A DNA stretch of 41,594 nucleotides from Gemmatimonadota bacterium (GCA_040905425.1 JBBDRO010000003.1:21450-63043), one strand, 5' to 3'; positions 9,394 to 19,522 are shown, counted from the stretch's first letter. Notes: generated from the letters alone by a model not told the origin. Made by a program: numbers and translations.

Positions 9394-10836
9394 TTAGTCC
9401 CCTCGATCGCCTGGTTCGGCCGCGCCCGGGAGCCACACGGTGAAGGCGGATCCGTCTCCGACGGCGCTCCGCAGCGTCAGGTCGCCGCCCATGCGGCGGG
9501 CAATCTCGAGCCCGATGGCGAGCCCGAGGCCGGCACCACCCTGCTTGCGGGTGTTCCCGGGATCCGTCTGCACAAACGGCTGGAAGACCGTCTCCGCCTC
9601 GGTCTCGGAGATGCCGATCCCTGTATCCGCGACCCGGATGAAGGTCCACGGTCCGTCCCCGACGAGCGCGGCTTCCTCGTCCGGGGTCGTGCTCGCTCCA
9701 CAGCTCACGGTAATGGTTCCGCCGGGGTCCGTGAACTTGACGGCGTTGCTCAGGAGGATGACCAGGATCTGACGTACCCGATCCTCGTCGCCCAGGTAAA
9801 GGGTGCTCGCATCGGGGCACTCGGTCTCGATCTCCACACCGGCCGAGCTGGCCTGCGGCTCGATCAGGGCCACCGCGCCCGAAATGGACCGCTGGGCCGC
9901 GTTGCTCTCCCGATTGAGGATCATCCGTCCCGACTCCACCCGCGCCAGGTCCAGGATGTTGTCGATTAGCCCGATGAGGTGGCCGCTGCTGGCCGTCAAC
10001 CGCTCGAGGTACTTCTTCTGACCGGCAGTCAGCGGCCCCACGATCTCCCTATCCAGGAGCTCGGCGTACCCGACGATGGCGTTGAGCGGAGTGCGGATCT
10101 CGTGGCTCATCGTGGCCAGGAACCGTGACTTCGCTTGGTTCGCATCCTGCGCTTCCTCCGCGAGCTCCTGCTGCCGTATGCTCGACACTACGAGCTGTTC
10201 GTTCAGCTTCGCGGCACCCTGTCGGGCGGCTTCCAGGTCACGGAACAGGCGGGCGTTGTCGAGCGCGATCGAGCAGCGGGCTGCCAGGTCTTCGGCCAGC
10301 TCGACATCCCGCTCCGTGTACTGGTGACCCACGTCGCCGCTGACGAACGTGATAGCACCGAGCACCTGATCGCGGGCGATGAGCGGCACGACCACCACGG
10401 AGCCGATGCCGAGCGCGCGCAGGTTTTCCAGGTTCCCGGCGCTGACCGCGAAGTCGACGAGCATCTCGTCGGATACGCTCGGGATCAGCTCCGTCGTACG
10501 GGATCGGATGGCCTGGGGCAGGCCGATGGGATCGTCGCGGCCGGGAGGCCAGCCCTCCTTCAGCCGGCGGGCCCGCTCCTGCTTGAGGGGGTCCGGGTGG
10601 ACGATGCCGAGGCGGCGCATGGAGCCGTCCGGCTCGAGGACGTCCACGATGCACCAGGACCCCAGGTACGGGAGCGCGAGCTCCGCCACCGTCACGAGCG
10701 TGTTTTCGTAGTCGAGCGAGGCGGCAAGGAACTGGCTCGCACGCGCGAGGAAGTGCGGCCCGGATTCGGCGCCCCGGGATGGCACACCGTTCGGGGCCCG
10801 TTGCGTGTTGTACTCCGGATCGGGACGCTGGGTCAT
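9394..10836 (-). CDS. GAF-domain sensor histidine kinase
   Basis: GAF (LAASLDYENTL, LGIGSVVVVPL, AIALDNARL-like), H-box SHEIRTPLNAI, SNAVKFT, DTGIGI, GAGLGL. Confidence 0.9.
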   Translation of the reverse strand: MTQRPDPEYNTQRAPNGVPSRGAESGPHFLARASQFLAASLDYENTLVTVAELALPYLGSWCIVDVLEPDGSMRRLGIVHPDPLKQERARRLKEGWPPGRDDPIGLPQAIRSRTTELIPSVSDEMLVDFAVSAGNLENLRALGIGSVVVVPLIARDQVLGAITFVSGDVGHQYTERDVELAEDLAARCSIALDNARLFRDLEAARQGAAKLNEQLVVSSIRQQELAEEAQDANQAKSRFLATMSHEIRTPLNAIVGYAELLDREIVGPLTAGQKKYLERLTASSGHLIGLIDNILDLARVESGRMILNRESNAAQRSISGAVALIEPQASSAGVEIETECPDASTLYLGDEDRVRQILVILLSNAVKFTDPGGTITVSCGASTTPDEEAALVGDGPWTFIRVADTGIGISETEAETVFQPFVQTDPGNTRKQGGAGLGLAIGLEIARRMGGDLTLRSAVGDGSAFTVWLPGAAEPGDRGD

Positions 10837-11022
10837 GACGTGCCTGGCTTCACGGTACTGGACAATAAACTGACACCCACCGGCCCGCGGCGAAACCCGA
10901 GCTGCCCGCAGCGCGCGATGCGTCCGGACTCGCGTATCATCCCCGAAAGGCCTAATTTCAGGGTCACACCTTCACCTGCCGGCGATACCGGCTCTAACGT
11001 GTAGGCCGACACTGCGGGTAAC

Positions 11023-11463
11023 ATGCCACATCCAGGAATGGCCCAATCCACGCCCAAACTCGTTGCACTGGCACGACGGATCGTGGAGCACGAAGCCGGC
11101 GGGTCCAATCCGTCCGCCACGGGCGCCGCAGTCGAAACCGCCTGCCGGAGGCTGAAGGACCATCTGGTCGACGTGCTCGGCACCGGCGGAGTCTCCGCGG
11201 TGCTCGGGCGCGCCCTCCACCTGGCCCAGCGGGAGCAGCCCTTGCTGGAGCAGGTATCCGTGAGCGGGCAGCCAGGCGTGTGCTTCATCGGCCTGGCTGA
11301 ATCGCTACCCGAGAATACTGACGAAGAAGCGACCGCCGCCGCCACGGCCGTACTCGCGCACACGCTCGACTTGCTGATAATTCTCCTCGGCGAGGAGCTG
11401 GGGATGAAGCCCGTCCAAAAGCTCTGGCCGCGGGCGGCCAGCGTCAAGGAGACCGACGAATGA
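11023..11463 (+). CDS. Small helical hypothetical protein translationally coupled to the KaiC-like ATPase
   Basis: 146-aa ORF with ATGA overlap onto the 11460 start; true start may be 11038. Confidence 0.75.
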   Translation: MPHPGMAQSTPKLVALARRIVEHEAGGSNPSATGAAVETACRRLKDHLVDVLGTGGVSAVLGRALHLAQREQPLLEQVSVSGQPGVCFIGLAESLPENTDEEATAAATAVLAHTLDLLIILLGEELGMKPVQKLWPRAASVKETDE

Positions 11464-12938
11464 GTGAGAGGAAAAGCGTTGTAATCAGGCAGTTGTCGAG
11501 CGGAGTGTCTGGCCTCGATCTCGTCCTGGGCGGCGGCGTACCGGAAGGTTCGTTCAACCTCATCGCGGGCGCTCCCGGCACCGGGAAGACCACGCTGGCG
11601 CACCAGTTCGTCTTCGAGAACGCCACGCCCGACCGGACCGCCCTCTTCTTCACGGTTCTCGGCGAGCCAGCGGTCAAGATGCTGCGGCACCAGCAGCAGT
11701 ACACCTTCTTCGACGCGGCGAAGGTGAACGAGAGCATCCGCTTCGTCAATCTGGGTGACGATGTTGTCGAGCGCGGTCTGGAAGGCGCCCTGGAGCGGAT
11801 CATCGAGGAAGTGGAACGGACGGACGCGGGCATCGTGGTCGTCGACTCCTTTCGCTCGCTGGCCGGGATCGTGGCTGCCAGGCCCGACGCGCCGGCCGGG
11901 CTGCCCGGTGTCCTGCAGCGGCTCGCGATGCACCTTACCACCTGGCAGGTAACGTCGTTCCTGGTGGGGGAGTACGAGGAGGGGGACAAGACGGGGAATC
12001 CGGTCTTCACCATCGCGGATACCATCGTCTGGCTCGAGCAGGTGACCGACAACAACTCGGTGGTTCGCAAGCTCCAGGTCGTGAAGATCCGTGGGCAGGA
12101 GCCGATGCCGGGATTCCACACCTACCGCATCACGGACGGCGGCGTGCAGGTATTCCCGCGACTCTCGCTCGTGGTGGACGAACAGGAGCGGGAGACACCG
12201 ACCGGCCGGGCCTCAACCGGCGTGCCCGGACTGGACGAGATGATGGGGGGCGGGATCCCCACGGGCGATTCGGTGCTGGTGGCCGGTCCGTCGGGCTCGG
12301 GCAAATCGGTGCTGGCCACGCAGTTCATCGCCGAAGGGGGGAAGCAGGGCGAGCCGGGAGTGCTCGTGGTCTTCGAGGAGCATCCGAAAGAGTACCTGCA
12401 CCGCGCGGAGGGCCTCGGCTTCCATCTGCGTGAGATGAGCGAGGCCGGTACGCTGGAAGCGCTCTATCTGCGTCCGCTCGACCTCTCGCCGGATGAGACC
12501 CTGCACGAGATCCGGGAAGCGGTGGAGCGGGTGGGCGCCAGGCGCGTGGTCATCGATTCGATGTCGGGCTTCGAGCTGGCCCTGGCTCCCACCTTCCGGG
12601 CGGACTTTCGCGAGTCGCTCTACCGGCTCGTGGGTGCGCTCACCGGCGTCGGGATCACCGTGCTGACCACCATGGAGGTCACCCAGGGGCAGGACCAGCT
12701 CCGGTTCACGCCCAACGTGATCTCCTTCCTGGCGGACGACCTCATCTCCCTCCGCTACGTCGAGGTGGACAGGGCGCTCAAGAAGGTCGCGGCCGTGGTG
12801 AAGATGCGCGGGAGCCAGCACAGCAAGGCGTATCGGGAATACGAAATCACGGACACCGGCTTCGTGGTCGGTGGAGATCTGGGCGGATACACCGGCCGCA
12901 TCAGCGGGGCCGCGACCCTCACCCGCCAGGGCGACTGA
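11460..12938 (+). CDS. KaiC-like double-domain RecA-superfamily ATPase (1)
   Basis: Two Walker A motifs (GAPGTGKT, GPSGSGKS), Walker B VVVDS/VVIDS, VKIRG/VKMRG. Confidence 0.9.
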   Translation: MSERKSVVIRQLSSGVSGLDLVLGGGVPEGSFNLIAGAPGTGKTTLAHQFVFENATPDRTALFFTVLGEPAVKMLRHQQQYTFFDAAKVNESIRFVNLGDDVVERGLEGALERIIEEVERTDAGIVVVDSFRSLAGIVAARPDAPAGLPGVLQRLAMHLTTWQVTSFLVGEYEEGDKTGNPVFTIADTIVWLEQVTDNNSVVRKLQVVKIRGQEPMPGFHTYRITDGGVQVFPRLSLVVDEQERETPTGRASTGVPGLDEMMGGGIPTGDSVLVAGPSGSGKSVLATQFIAEGGKQGEPGVLVVFEEHPKEYLHRAEGLGFHLREMSEAGTLEALYLRPLDLSPDETLHEIREAVERVGARRVVIDSMSGFELALAPTFRADFRESLYRLVGALTGVGITVLTTMEVTQGQDQLRFTPNVISFLADDLISLRYVEVDRALKKVAAVVKMRGSQHSKAYREYEITDTGFVVGGDLGGYTGRISGAATLTRQGD

Positions 12939-13181
12939 CCTTCACACCGGCCCGACCGGTTATCCCACGTTGCGCCCCGGTGGCTTGCGCTGCCGGGGCG
13001 TTTCTTAGGTTCACTGACCGCTGCAACATCCGGGGCCGACCCTGCGGTCCCCGAGGCGGCGCGGATTTCCGGTGCGTGAGGCGGGGGAAACAGGCATGTC
13101 CCTTGCCGTAGAAAGTGGCCCATCGTCGGGGACTGTCGGGCTGCGTGATGCCCCGGACATGATTGCAACGGAGTAAAGTGC

Positions 13182-14657
13182 ATGGAGGAACACAACAACC
13201 GCTGCCAGACCGGCATCGCCGGGCTGGATGAGATCCTCCATGGGGGTCTGATCCGGCGGAGAGCCTATCTCGTGCGGGGTGGCCCGGGAACCGGAAAGAC
13301 CACCCTGGGGCTGCACTTCCTCCAGACGGGCGTGGCCCAGGGGGAGGCGAGTCTGCTGATCACACTCGAGTCCTCCGAGGAGCAGTTGAGGGCGGATGCC
13401 AGTGCCCAGGGCCTCGATCTCTCCGGCATAGCATTCCTGGACCTGAGTCCGAGCCGGGAGTTCTTTGCGGAGAATCAGAGCTACGATCTCTTCTCTCCCG
13501 GGGACGTGGAGCGGGACCCGACCACGCGGCAGATCATCGAGACCATCGAGAGGGAGCGGCCGGCGCGGATCTTCGTTGACGCCATCACGACCATGGGCTA
13601 CCTGGCGCCGGACGCCTTCCAGTTCCGCAGGCAGGCACTTTCGTTCCTCCGCTACCTGGTGGACAACGGGGCTACCGTCCTGATGAGCTCCGAGCCTACC
13701 GGCAGCGTCCCCGATGACGACCTTCGTTTCATGTGCGACGGGATCATCGAGGTCGAGGGCTCGCCGGACCATGGCACGCTGCGGCGGTCCCTGAACGTCA
13801 TGAAGCTCCGGGGATCGGATTTCGAGGGGGGGCGGCACGCCATGCGCCTGACGGATCGCGGCGTTGTGGTCTATCCACAGCTGATTCCGGGCGCGTACGA
13901 TCGGGATTTCGACCCGGAGATCGTGGCATCGGGGATCGCCGAGCTGGACGAGATATTGGGGGGCGGGATCGAGCGGGGGACCATCACCATGGTGAGCGGG
14001 CCGAGTGGCGTGGGGAAGACCACGCTGGGGACGCAGTTCATGAACGAGGCGGCCACGCGCGGAGAGCGCTGTGTCATCTACGCGTTCGAGGAGCAGAAGG
14101 AAACGCTTCTGCACCGCTGCCACGCCATCGGGATGCCCGTGCGCACGATGATCACGCAGGGGACGCTTGCGGTGGTGCATGTGGAGCCGCTGCGCTTCTC
14201 TCCCGCGGAGTTCGCCTTGCTCGTCCGCGAGGAGGTGGAGCAGCGCGGCGCCAGGCTCATCATGATCGACGGCATCGCCGGATACCGCCTCACGCTTGCC
14301 GGAGACGACCTGGTGGCCCAACTGCATGCCCTTGGCCGCTACCTCAAGAACATGGGGGTGACGGTGATCTTCATCAACGAGGTCGAGGGGATCACGGGTG
14401 ACTTCCGCGCCACGGAGATCGGGGCCAGCTACCTGAGTGACAACCTGATCTTCCTCCGCTACCTGGAGATCGACGGCGAACTGCGCAAGGCCATCGGCGT
14501 GCTCAAGAAGCGCCTGGGCGACTTCGGCAAGACGCTTCGGGAGTTGAAGATCACGGCACGCGGCCTCGAGGTTGGCGAGCCCCTCAGCGGGTTGCGCGGC
14601 ATCCTCACGGGCACGCCGGAATCGGTGGCTCCCGGGGGAGCGCCGGTGCCGGAGTGA
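13182..14657 (+). CDS. KaiC-like double-domain ATPase (2)
   Basis: Walker A GGPGTGKT and GPSGVGKT, FEE, MKLRG, SYLSDNLIFLRYLE, VLKKR. Confidence 0.9.
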   Translation: MEEHNNRCQTGIAGLDEILHGGLIRRRAYLVRGGPGTGKTTLGLHFLQTGVAQGEASLLITLESSEEQLRADASAQGLDLSGIAFLDLSPSREFFAENQSYDLFSPGDVERDPTTRQIIETIERERPARIFVDAITTMGYLAPDAFQFRRQALSFLRYLVDNGATVLMSSEPTGSVPDDDLRFMCDGIIEVEGSPDHGTLRRSLNVMKLRGSDFEGGRHAMRLTDRGVVVYPQLIPGAYDRDFDPEIVASGIAELDEILGGGIERGTITMVSGPSGVGKTTLGTQFMNEAATRGERCVIYAFEEQKETLLHRCHAIGMPVRTMITQGTLAVVHVEPLRFSPAEFALLVREEVEQRGARLIMIDGIAGYRLTLAGDDLVAQLHALGRYLKNMGVTVIFINEVEGITGDFRATEIGASYLSDNLIFLRYLEIDGELRKAIGVLKKRLGDFGKTLRELKITARGLEVGEPLSGLRGILTGTPESVAPGGAPVPE

Positions 14658-15736
14658 GCTGCATCCTGCTCCTCCTGGACCAGAAGCGGAACCAGGAACT
14701 CCTGCAGGAAGAGCTCAGCCGCGACCACGAGGTCAGGATCGCGGCCGAGGATGCCGACCTCGAGCAGCGGTTCGACCTGCTCGTCGTGGACGGCCCCGCT
14801 CTGGACCGCGCGTGGGAACAGATTCAGGGGCGCAAGACCCGGGAGCAGCCGCTGTTCCTCCCCGTCCTGCTGACCACGTCCCGACCGGACGTGAAGATGA
14901 TCACTCGCCACCTCTGGCGGAGCGTGGACGAGCTGATCATCACGCCCATCGAGAGACCCGAGCTATCCGCGAGGATGCAGATCCTCCTCCGCGCCCGGAG
15001 CCTGTCGCTGAAACTGCAGGAACGCGCGGGTGCGGCCGAGAAGGCCGCGCAGACCCGCGACGAGATCATGGCCATGGTCTCGCACGATCTGCGGAACCCC
15101 CTCAACCTCGTGCTGTCGAACGCTTCGCTTCTCCTGGAGGCAGGATCCTCCCTGGAGCCGCGGCAGCGAGAACGGATCGAGGGCATCCATCGGGCGGTGG
15201 CCCGGATGACCCGGCTCACACAGGACCTGCTGGACGTCTCGCGACTCGAGTCCGGCCACCTGGATATTCGCCGCCGTCCTGTCTCGCCGGAGTTCCTGAT
15301 ACAGAGCGCGCGGGCACAGCACGATCAAGTCACGGAGGCAAAGTCGATCAGGCTTCTGTGTGAGATCGAGGATGGCCTGCCGGAGGTGTGCGCGGATCCC
15401 GATCGGATGGACCAGCTGTTCGGAAACCTGATCGGCAATGCCCTGAAATTCGCGCCTCAACACGGTGAGATACGGATCGGAGCGGCCGCGGCCGGCAGCA
15501 GCGTCCGATTTTCCGTGGCCGACAACGGCCCGGGGATCGAGGCGGAGGATCAGGCCAGGATCTTCGAGCGGTTCTGGCAGGCGAGGGGCTCGGAGGGTGA
15601 AGGATCAGGCCTGGGCCTGGCCATCGCGAAGACGCTCGTGGAGGCGCACGGCGGCCGGATGGGCGTGGGCAGCGCGGCCGGCGAGGGGGCGGAATTCTGG
15701 TTCGAGATCCCGGTGGCGCAGGCGCAGGGGCCTTGA
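14654..15736 (+). CDS. Hybrid histidine kinase with an N-terminal atypical (pseudo-)receiver domain
   Basis: Receiver-like fold ([25 protein letters not shown]); H-box [29 protein letters not shown]; GTGA overlap with KaiC-like 2. Confidence 0.85.
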   Translation: MSCILLLLDQKRNQELLQEELSRDHEVRIAAEDADLEQRFDLLVVDGPALDRAWEQIQGRKTREQPLFLPVLLTTSRPDVKMITRHLWRSVDELIITPIERPELSARMQILLRARSLSLKLQERAGAAEKAAQTRDEIMAMVSHDLRNPLNLVLSNASLLLEAGSSLEPRQRERIEGIHRAVARMTRLTQDLLDVSRLESGHLDIRRRPVSPEFLIQSARAQHDQVTEAKSIRLLCEIEDGLPEVCADPDRMDQLFGNLIGNALKFAPQHGEIRIGAAAAGSSVRFSVADNGPGIEAEDQARIFERFWQARGSEGEGSGLGLAIAKTLVEAHGGRMGVGSAAGEGAEFWFEIPVAQAQGP

Positions 15737-15762
15737 TATATGCACATGAATTGATGTATTCT
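15733..15762 (+). promoter_or_regulatory. Probable arsR promoter (leaderless) with a degenerate ArsR operator in the spacer
   Basis: TTGATA-18 bp-TATTCT with ATG 6 nt downstream and no RBS; spacer holds ATGCA-N6-TTGAT. Confidence 0.6.
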
Positions 15763-15768
15763 TCCGAC

Positions 15769-16116
15769 ATGGCTTCTGATACCATGCCCGACAGCGCCCT
15801 CGAGGCCGATGCCCTGCTGCAGCGCTTCCAGGCGGTGGCCGAGGAGACGCGCTTCCGGGTCGTACAGATCCTGGCCTCCGGCGAGCGGTGTGTGTGCGAC
15901 CTGCAGGCCGACCTCGGCGGTGCGGCGCAGTCTCGGCTGTCGTTCCATCTGAAGAAGCTCAAGGACGCCGGCGTGGTGTGCGATCGTCGGGACGGCCGCT
16001 GGGTCTACTATTCCCTGGTGCCGGAGACGCTCGAAGAGATGCGAGCCTTCCTGGGCGAGGTGAAGCCGCGTGAGGGGTGGCTGCCGGTGATGCGGAGTGA
16101 CGAAGGGTGCTGCTGA
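15769..16116 (+). CDS. arsR: ArsR/SmtB transcriptional repressor
   Basis: ERCVCDL motif, [22 protein letters not shown]-terminal CC. Confidence 0.9.
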   Translation: MASDTMPDSALEADALLQRFQAVAEETRFRVVQILASGERCVCDLQADLGGAAQSRLSFHLKKLKDAGVVCDRRDGRWVYYSLVPETLEEMRAFLGEVKPREGWLPVMRSDEGCC

Positions 16117-16133
16117 GTTTTTTTGGGCGTAAA

Positions 16134-16151
16134 CATCAAATCACGTTGATG
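16134..16151. promoter_or_regulatory. ArsR-type operator upstream of arsM
   Basis: Perfect palindrome CATCAA-N6-TTGATG, matching the ATCAA(N6)TTGAT ArsR site described for Synechocystis ars. Confidence 0.75.
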
Positions 16152-16166
16152 CGCTGCGAGGGTTAC

Positions 16167-17060
16167 ATGAGTAACGATGTGAAGGCGGTGGTGAAGCAGA
16201 AGTACGGGGAGGCGGCGCTGCGGGTCGTGGGCGGGGAGCGTGGCAGCTGCTGCGGACCCTCATGCGGGTGCGGTCCGGGGGAGGCCACGGATCCCATCAC
16301 GCGGGACCTGTACGACGCGGTCACGGCGTCGCAGTTGCCGGAGACGGCGGTGCTGGCGTCGCTGGGGTGCGGGAACCCCACGGCGCTGGCGGAGCTGAAG
16401 GAGGGTGAGGTGGTCCTGGACCTGGGCAGCGGCGGCGGCATCGACGTGCTGCTGAGCGCCAAGCGCGTGGGCCCGACGGGGAAGGCATACGGCCTGGACA
16501 TGACGGACGAGATGCTGGCGCTGGCGCGGCGCAACGCGGCGGAGGCCGGGGCAAGCAACGTGGAGTTCCTGAAGGGGGACATCGAGCGCATCCCGCTCCC
16601 GGACGGGAGCGTGGATGTGATCATCAGCAACTGCGTGATCAACCTGTCCGCCGACAAGGGGCGGGTGCTGCGGGAGGCGTTCCGCGTGCTGAAGCCGGGC
16701 GGGCGCTTCGCGGTGTCGGACGTGGTGGTGCGGGGGGAGGTGCCGGCGGAGGTGCGCCGCAGCATGGAGCTCTGGGTGGGATGCGTGGCCGGGGCGCTGG
16801 AGGAGCAGGAGTTCGAGGCGCTGCTGCGGGAGGCCGGGTTCGAGGATCCCAGCCTGGAGCCCACGCGCATCTACGAGGTGGAGGACGCGCGTGCTTTCCT
16901 GCAGGAGGCGGGGCTGGACGCGGACGCCTTCGCCGCGGCGGTGGAGGGGCGCTTCATGTCGGCGTTCGTGCGGGCGCGGAAGCCGGAGGGGTCCGCGGCG
17001 GGGCCTGCGTTGGCGGTTGAGGAAGCGGAGCCGTGCTGCGGACCGGGGTGCTGCGCGTGA
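16167..17060 (+). CDS. arsM: Arsenite S-adenosylmethionine methyltransferase
   Basis: SCCG, SLGCGNP, LDLGSGGGID, IISNCVINL, WVGCVAGAL; Cys-rich tail CCGPGCCA. Confidence 0.95.
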   Translation: MSNDVKAVVKQKYGEAALRVVGGERGSCCGPSCGCGPGEATDPITRDLYDAVTASQLPETAVLASLGCGNPTALAELKEGEVVLDLGSGGGIDVLLSAKRVGPTGKAYGLDMTDEMLALARRNAAEAGASNVEFLKGDIERIPLPDGSVDVIISNCVINLSADKGRVLREAFRVLKPGGRFAVSDVVVRGEVPAEVRRSMELWVGCVAGALEEQEFEALLREAGFEDPSLEPTRIYEVEDARAFLQEAGLDADAFAAAVEGRFMSAFVRARKPEGSAAGPALAVEEAEPCCGPGCCA

Positions 17061-17503
17061 GCCCGAGCGCTCCGACGCTCCGCCCGGCGTTGCAGGCGGA
17101 CCTCCCGCAGGTGGAGGCCATGCTGGCGGCGGCCAACCTCCCGGTGGCGGGTGTGGCCGAGTCCCTCCAAGGCTTCGTGGTGGCGGAGGATGGCGGAGAG
17201 CTCGTGGGAGTGGCGGGCGTCGAGAGGCACGGGGAGGACGGGCTGCTGCGGTCGGTAGCGGTGGCGCCGGCCCACCGGGGCCGCGGGCTGGGCGCGCGGC
17301 TCACGGAAGGGGTGATGGACGCGGCGCGCTCGGCGGGGCATCGTCGCTTATATCTCCTCACGACGACGGCCGCGGCATACTTTCCGCGCCACGGCTTTCA
17401 CACCATCCAGCGCGAGGAGGTTGCGGCGGCGGTGCGGGAGAGTGTGGAATTCCGCGAGGCGTGTCCGGCGTCCGCGGTGGCCATGGTCCTGGAACTGGAG
17501 TGA
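17057..17503 (+). CDS. arsN2: Arsenic-resistance GNAT N-acetyltransferase, ArsN2-like
   Basis: LLRSVAV, RGRGLG, LYLLTTTAA.YF.R.GF, S.EF...CPASA..M; GTGA overlap with arsM. Confidence 0.85.
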   Translation: MSPSAPTLRPALQADLPQVEAMLAAANLPVAGVAESLQGFVVAEDGGELVGVAGVERHGEDGLLRSVAVAPAHRGRGLGARLTEGVMDAARSAGHRRLYLLTTTAAAYFPRHGFHTIQREEVAAAVRESVEFREACPASAVAMVLELE

Positions 17504-17507
17504 AGGC

Positions 17508-18275
17508 ATGCGTTACGCGTTGATAAGCGACGTCCATGGGAACCTGCCGGCGCTCGAGGCGGTGCTCGCGGACCTCGACGAGCGAGGCAATCTCGGCGGC
17601 GTCTACCATCTCGGGGACCTCGTGGGCTACGCACCGTGGCCGAACGAGGTGGTGGCTGCGCTCCGGGAGCGGGCCGTCCCCGGCATAGCCGGCAACTACG
17701 ACTCGACCACGGCCACGGACTACAAGCACTGCGGGTGCAAGTACGAGGACGCGCGGCAGGAGGAGCTGAGCCACGAGAGCTATGCGTGGACGCGGGCGAA
17801 CGTCTCCGCGGAGACGAAGCGGTGGCTCGGCGCTCTGCCGTTCCGCATCGACGTCCGGCCGCTGGGCGGGCACACCGCGGGTCCGCGGCTCATCCTGGTG
17901 CACGGCAACCCCGTGCTGAACACGGTCTACTGGACGGAGGACCGCTCCGACAAGTTCTGCCTCCAGATGGCGGAGCAGCTGGGCGCCAAGGCCGGGGACG
18001 TGGTGGCGTTCGGCCACACGCACAAGCCGTGGTACCGCACGGTCGAGAGCGTCCACTTCGTGAACACCGGATCGGTGGGCCGCCCGAAGGACGGGGACTG
18101 GCGGGCGGGCTACGTGGTGGTGGCGCTGGACGGGGAGGCGGTGGACGTGACGTTCGTCCGCGTGGAATACGATGTAGCGCGCGCGGCCGCCGCCATCCGG
18201 GAGAGCGAGCTGCCGGACGACTTCGCGGAAGTTCTGGAGACGGGGGGAATGCCGAAGCCGCGGGATGCGGGCTGA
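17508..18275 (+). CDS. Metallophosphoesterase (ars-cluster-associated type)
   Basis: DVHGN, GDLVGY, GNYD, HG, FGHTH, NTGSVG; CGC insertion. Confidence 0.88.
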   Translation: MRYALISDVHGNLPALEAVLADLDERGNLGGVYHLGDLVGYAPWPNEVVAALRERAVPGIAGNYDSTTATDYKHCGCKYEDARQEELSHESYAWTRANVSAETKRWLGALPFRIDVRPLGGHTAGPRLILVHGNPVLNTVYWTEDRSDKFCLQMAEQLGAKAGDVVAFGHTHKPWYRTVESVHFVNTGSVGRPKDGDWRAGYVVVALDGEAVDVTFVRVEYDVARAAAAIRESELPDDFAEVLETGGMPKPRDAG

Positions 18276-18353
18276 GTGGCCCAGAAGCGCACGAGCCCGC
18301 GGCGCGACCAATGGTGTTGCGCCGCGGGCTCGGCGGCTTCGTGGTCTCGGGCC

Positions 18354-19466
18354 TCAGCCTCGTGGCCCGGTGGTCATCGGCGGCGCCACCTCCTCCGGCG
18401 CGCCAACGACTGCAGGCCTGTCATAATACCGCTTCTTGAAGTAGAGCGACACGCTCACCAGGCCGATGAGCACCGGTACCTCGACCAGCGGGCCGATCAC
18501 CGTGGCGAATGCCTCCGCCGAGTGGACACCGAAGACGGCAACGGCAACGGCGATGGCCAACTCGAAGTCGTTGCTGGCTGCCGTCAAGGAAACCGTGGTG
18601 TTCTGCGGGTAGTCGGCCCCGACCCACTTCGCCTTCGCGATGAAGAAGGTGATGAGGAACATGAGGACGAAGTAGATGGCCAGCGGGATGGCCACCCGGA
18701 CCACGTCCAGCGGGAGCTCCACGATCTGCTCGCCCTTGGACGAGAACATGACCACCACGGTGAAGAGCAGGGCAATCAGCGTGATGGGGCTGATCTTCGG
18801 GATGAACGTCTTCGCGTACCACTCCTCGCCCTTGCGGGGCACCAGGAGCGTGCGGCTCAGGAAGCCGGCCACCATGGGCGTGCCCAGGAAGATCAGGACG
18901 ATGCTGGCAATCTGCCACACGCCGATGTCCACCATCACGCTCTCCATACCGAAGAACGGCGGGAGCACGGCCAGGAAGAACCAGGCGTAGACGCCGTAGA
19001 AGAGGACCTGGAAGATGGCGTTGAAAGCAACCAGCCCTGCCACGAGGTCCGGGTCTCCTTCGGCCAGGTCGTTCCAGACCAGGACCATGGCGATGCAGCG
19101 GGCCAGCCCCACCAGGATCAGGCCCACGGCGTACTCGGGCATGTCGTACAGGAACAGGATCGCCAGGGCGAACATGACCACCGGCCCGATGACCCAGTTC
19201 TGGAAGAGCGACAGCCCCAGCACCCGCTTGTGACTGAGGACGTGGTGGAGCTTGTTGTATTTCACCTTGGCCAGCGGCGGGTACATCATGAGGATCAGGC
19301 CGATGGCGATGGGCAGCGGCGCCGGGCCCACCTTCACGCTGTCGATGGCCACCGCCGCTCCGGGCCAGACCCAGCCCAGGAGCACGCCGGCCGCCATGGC
19401 AAGGAAGATCCACAGCGTGAGGTACCGGTCCAGGATATTGAGCTTTACGCTCACTCGTTCCGTCAT
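18354..19466 (-). CDS. acr3: Acr3-family arsenite efflux transporter
   Basis: [56 protein letters not shown]. Confidence 0.95.
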   Translation of the reverse strand: MTERVSVKLNILDRYLTLWIFLAMAAGVLLGWVWPGAAVAIDSVKVGPAPLPIAIGLILMMYPPLAKVKYNKLHHVLSHKRVLGLSLFQNWVIGPVVMFALAILFLYDMPEYAVGLILVGLARCIAMVLVWNDLAEGDPDLVAGLVAFNAIFQVLFYGVYAWFFLAVLPPFFGMESVMVDIGVWQIASIVLIFLGTPMVAGFLSRTLLVPRKGEEWYAKTFIPKISPITLIALLFTVVVMFSSKGEQIVELPLDVVRVAIPLAIYFVLMFLITFFIAKAKWVGADYPQNTTVSLTAASNDFELAIAVAVAVFGVHSAEAFATVIGPLVEVPVLIGLVSVSLYFKKRYYDRPAVVGAPEEVAPPMTTGPRG

Positions 19467-19522
19467 CGTTCGCCTCTATCGAATGTCAGGTTGATCGGAT
19501 TGTCGCTGCGTGATCCGGCCCT

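Noticed and set aside
12939-13181. Intergenic region between the KaiC genes as an ncRNA or riboswitch
   Set aside because: Only short GC-rich hairpins; I could not recognise a conserved RNA motif.
11460-14657. True circadian clock (kaiABC)
   Set aside because: No kaiA or kaiB in the window, and the tandem S/T phosphosite pair is not conserved.
16105-16151. arsR ends CC-TGA followed by a hairpin: possible selenocysteine/SECIS
   Set aside because: The hairpin is the CATCAA-N6-TTGATG operator palindrome, the protein is already full length, and C-terminal CC is a known ArsR ending. The same applies to the CC-TGA at 26943, which is followed by an RBS.
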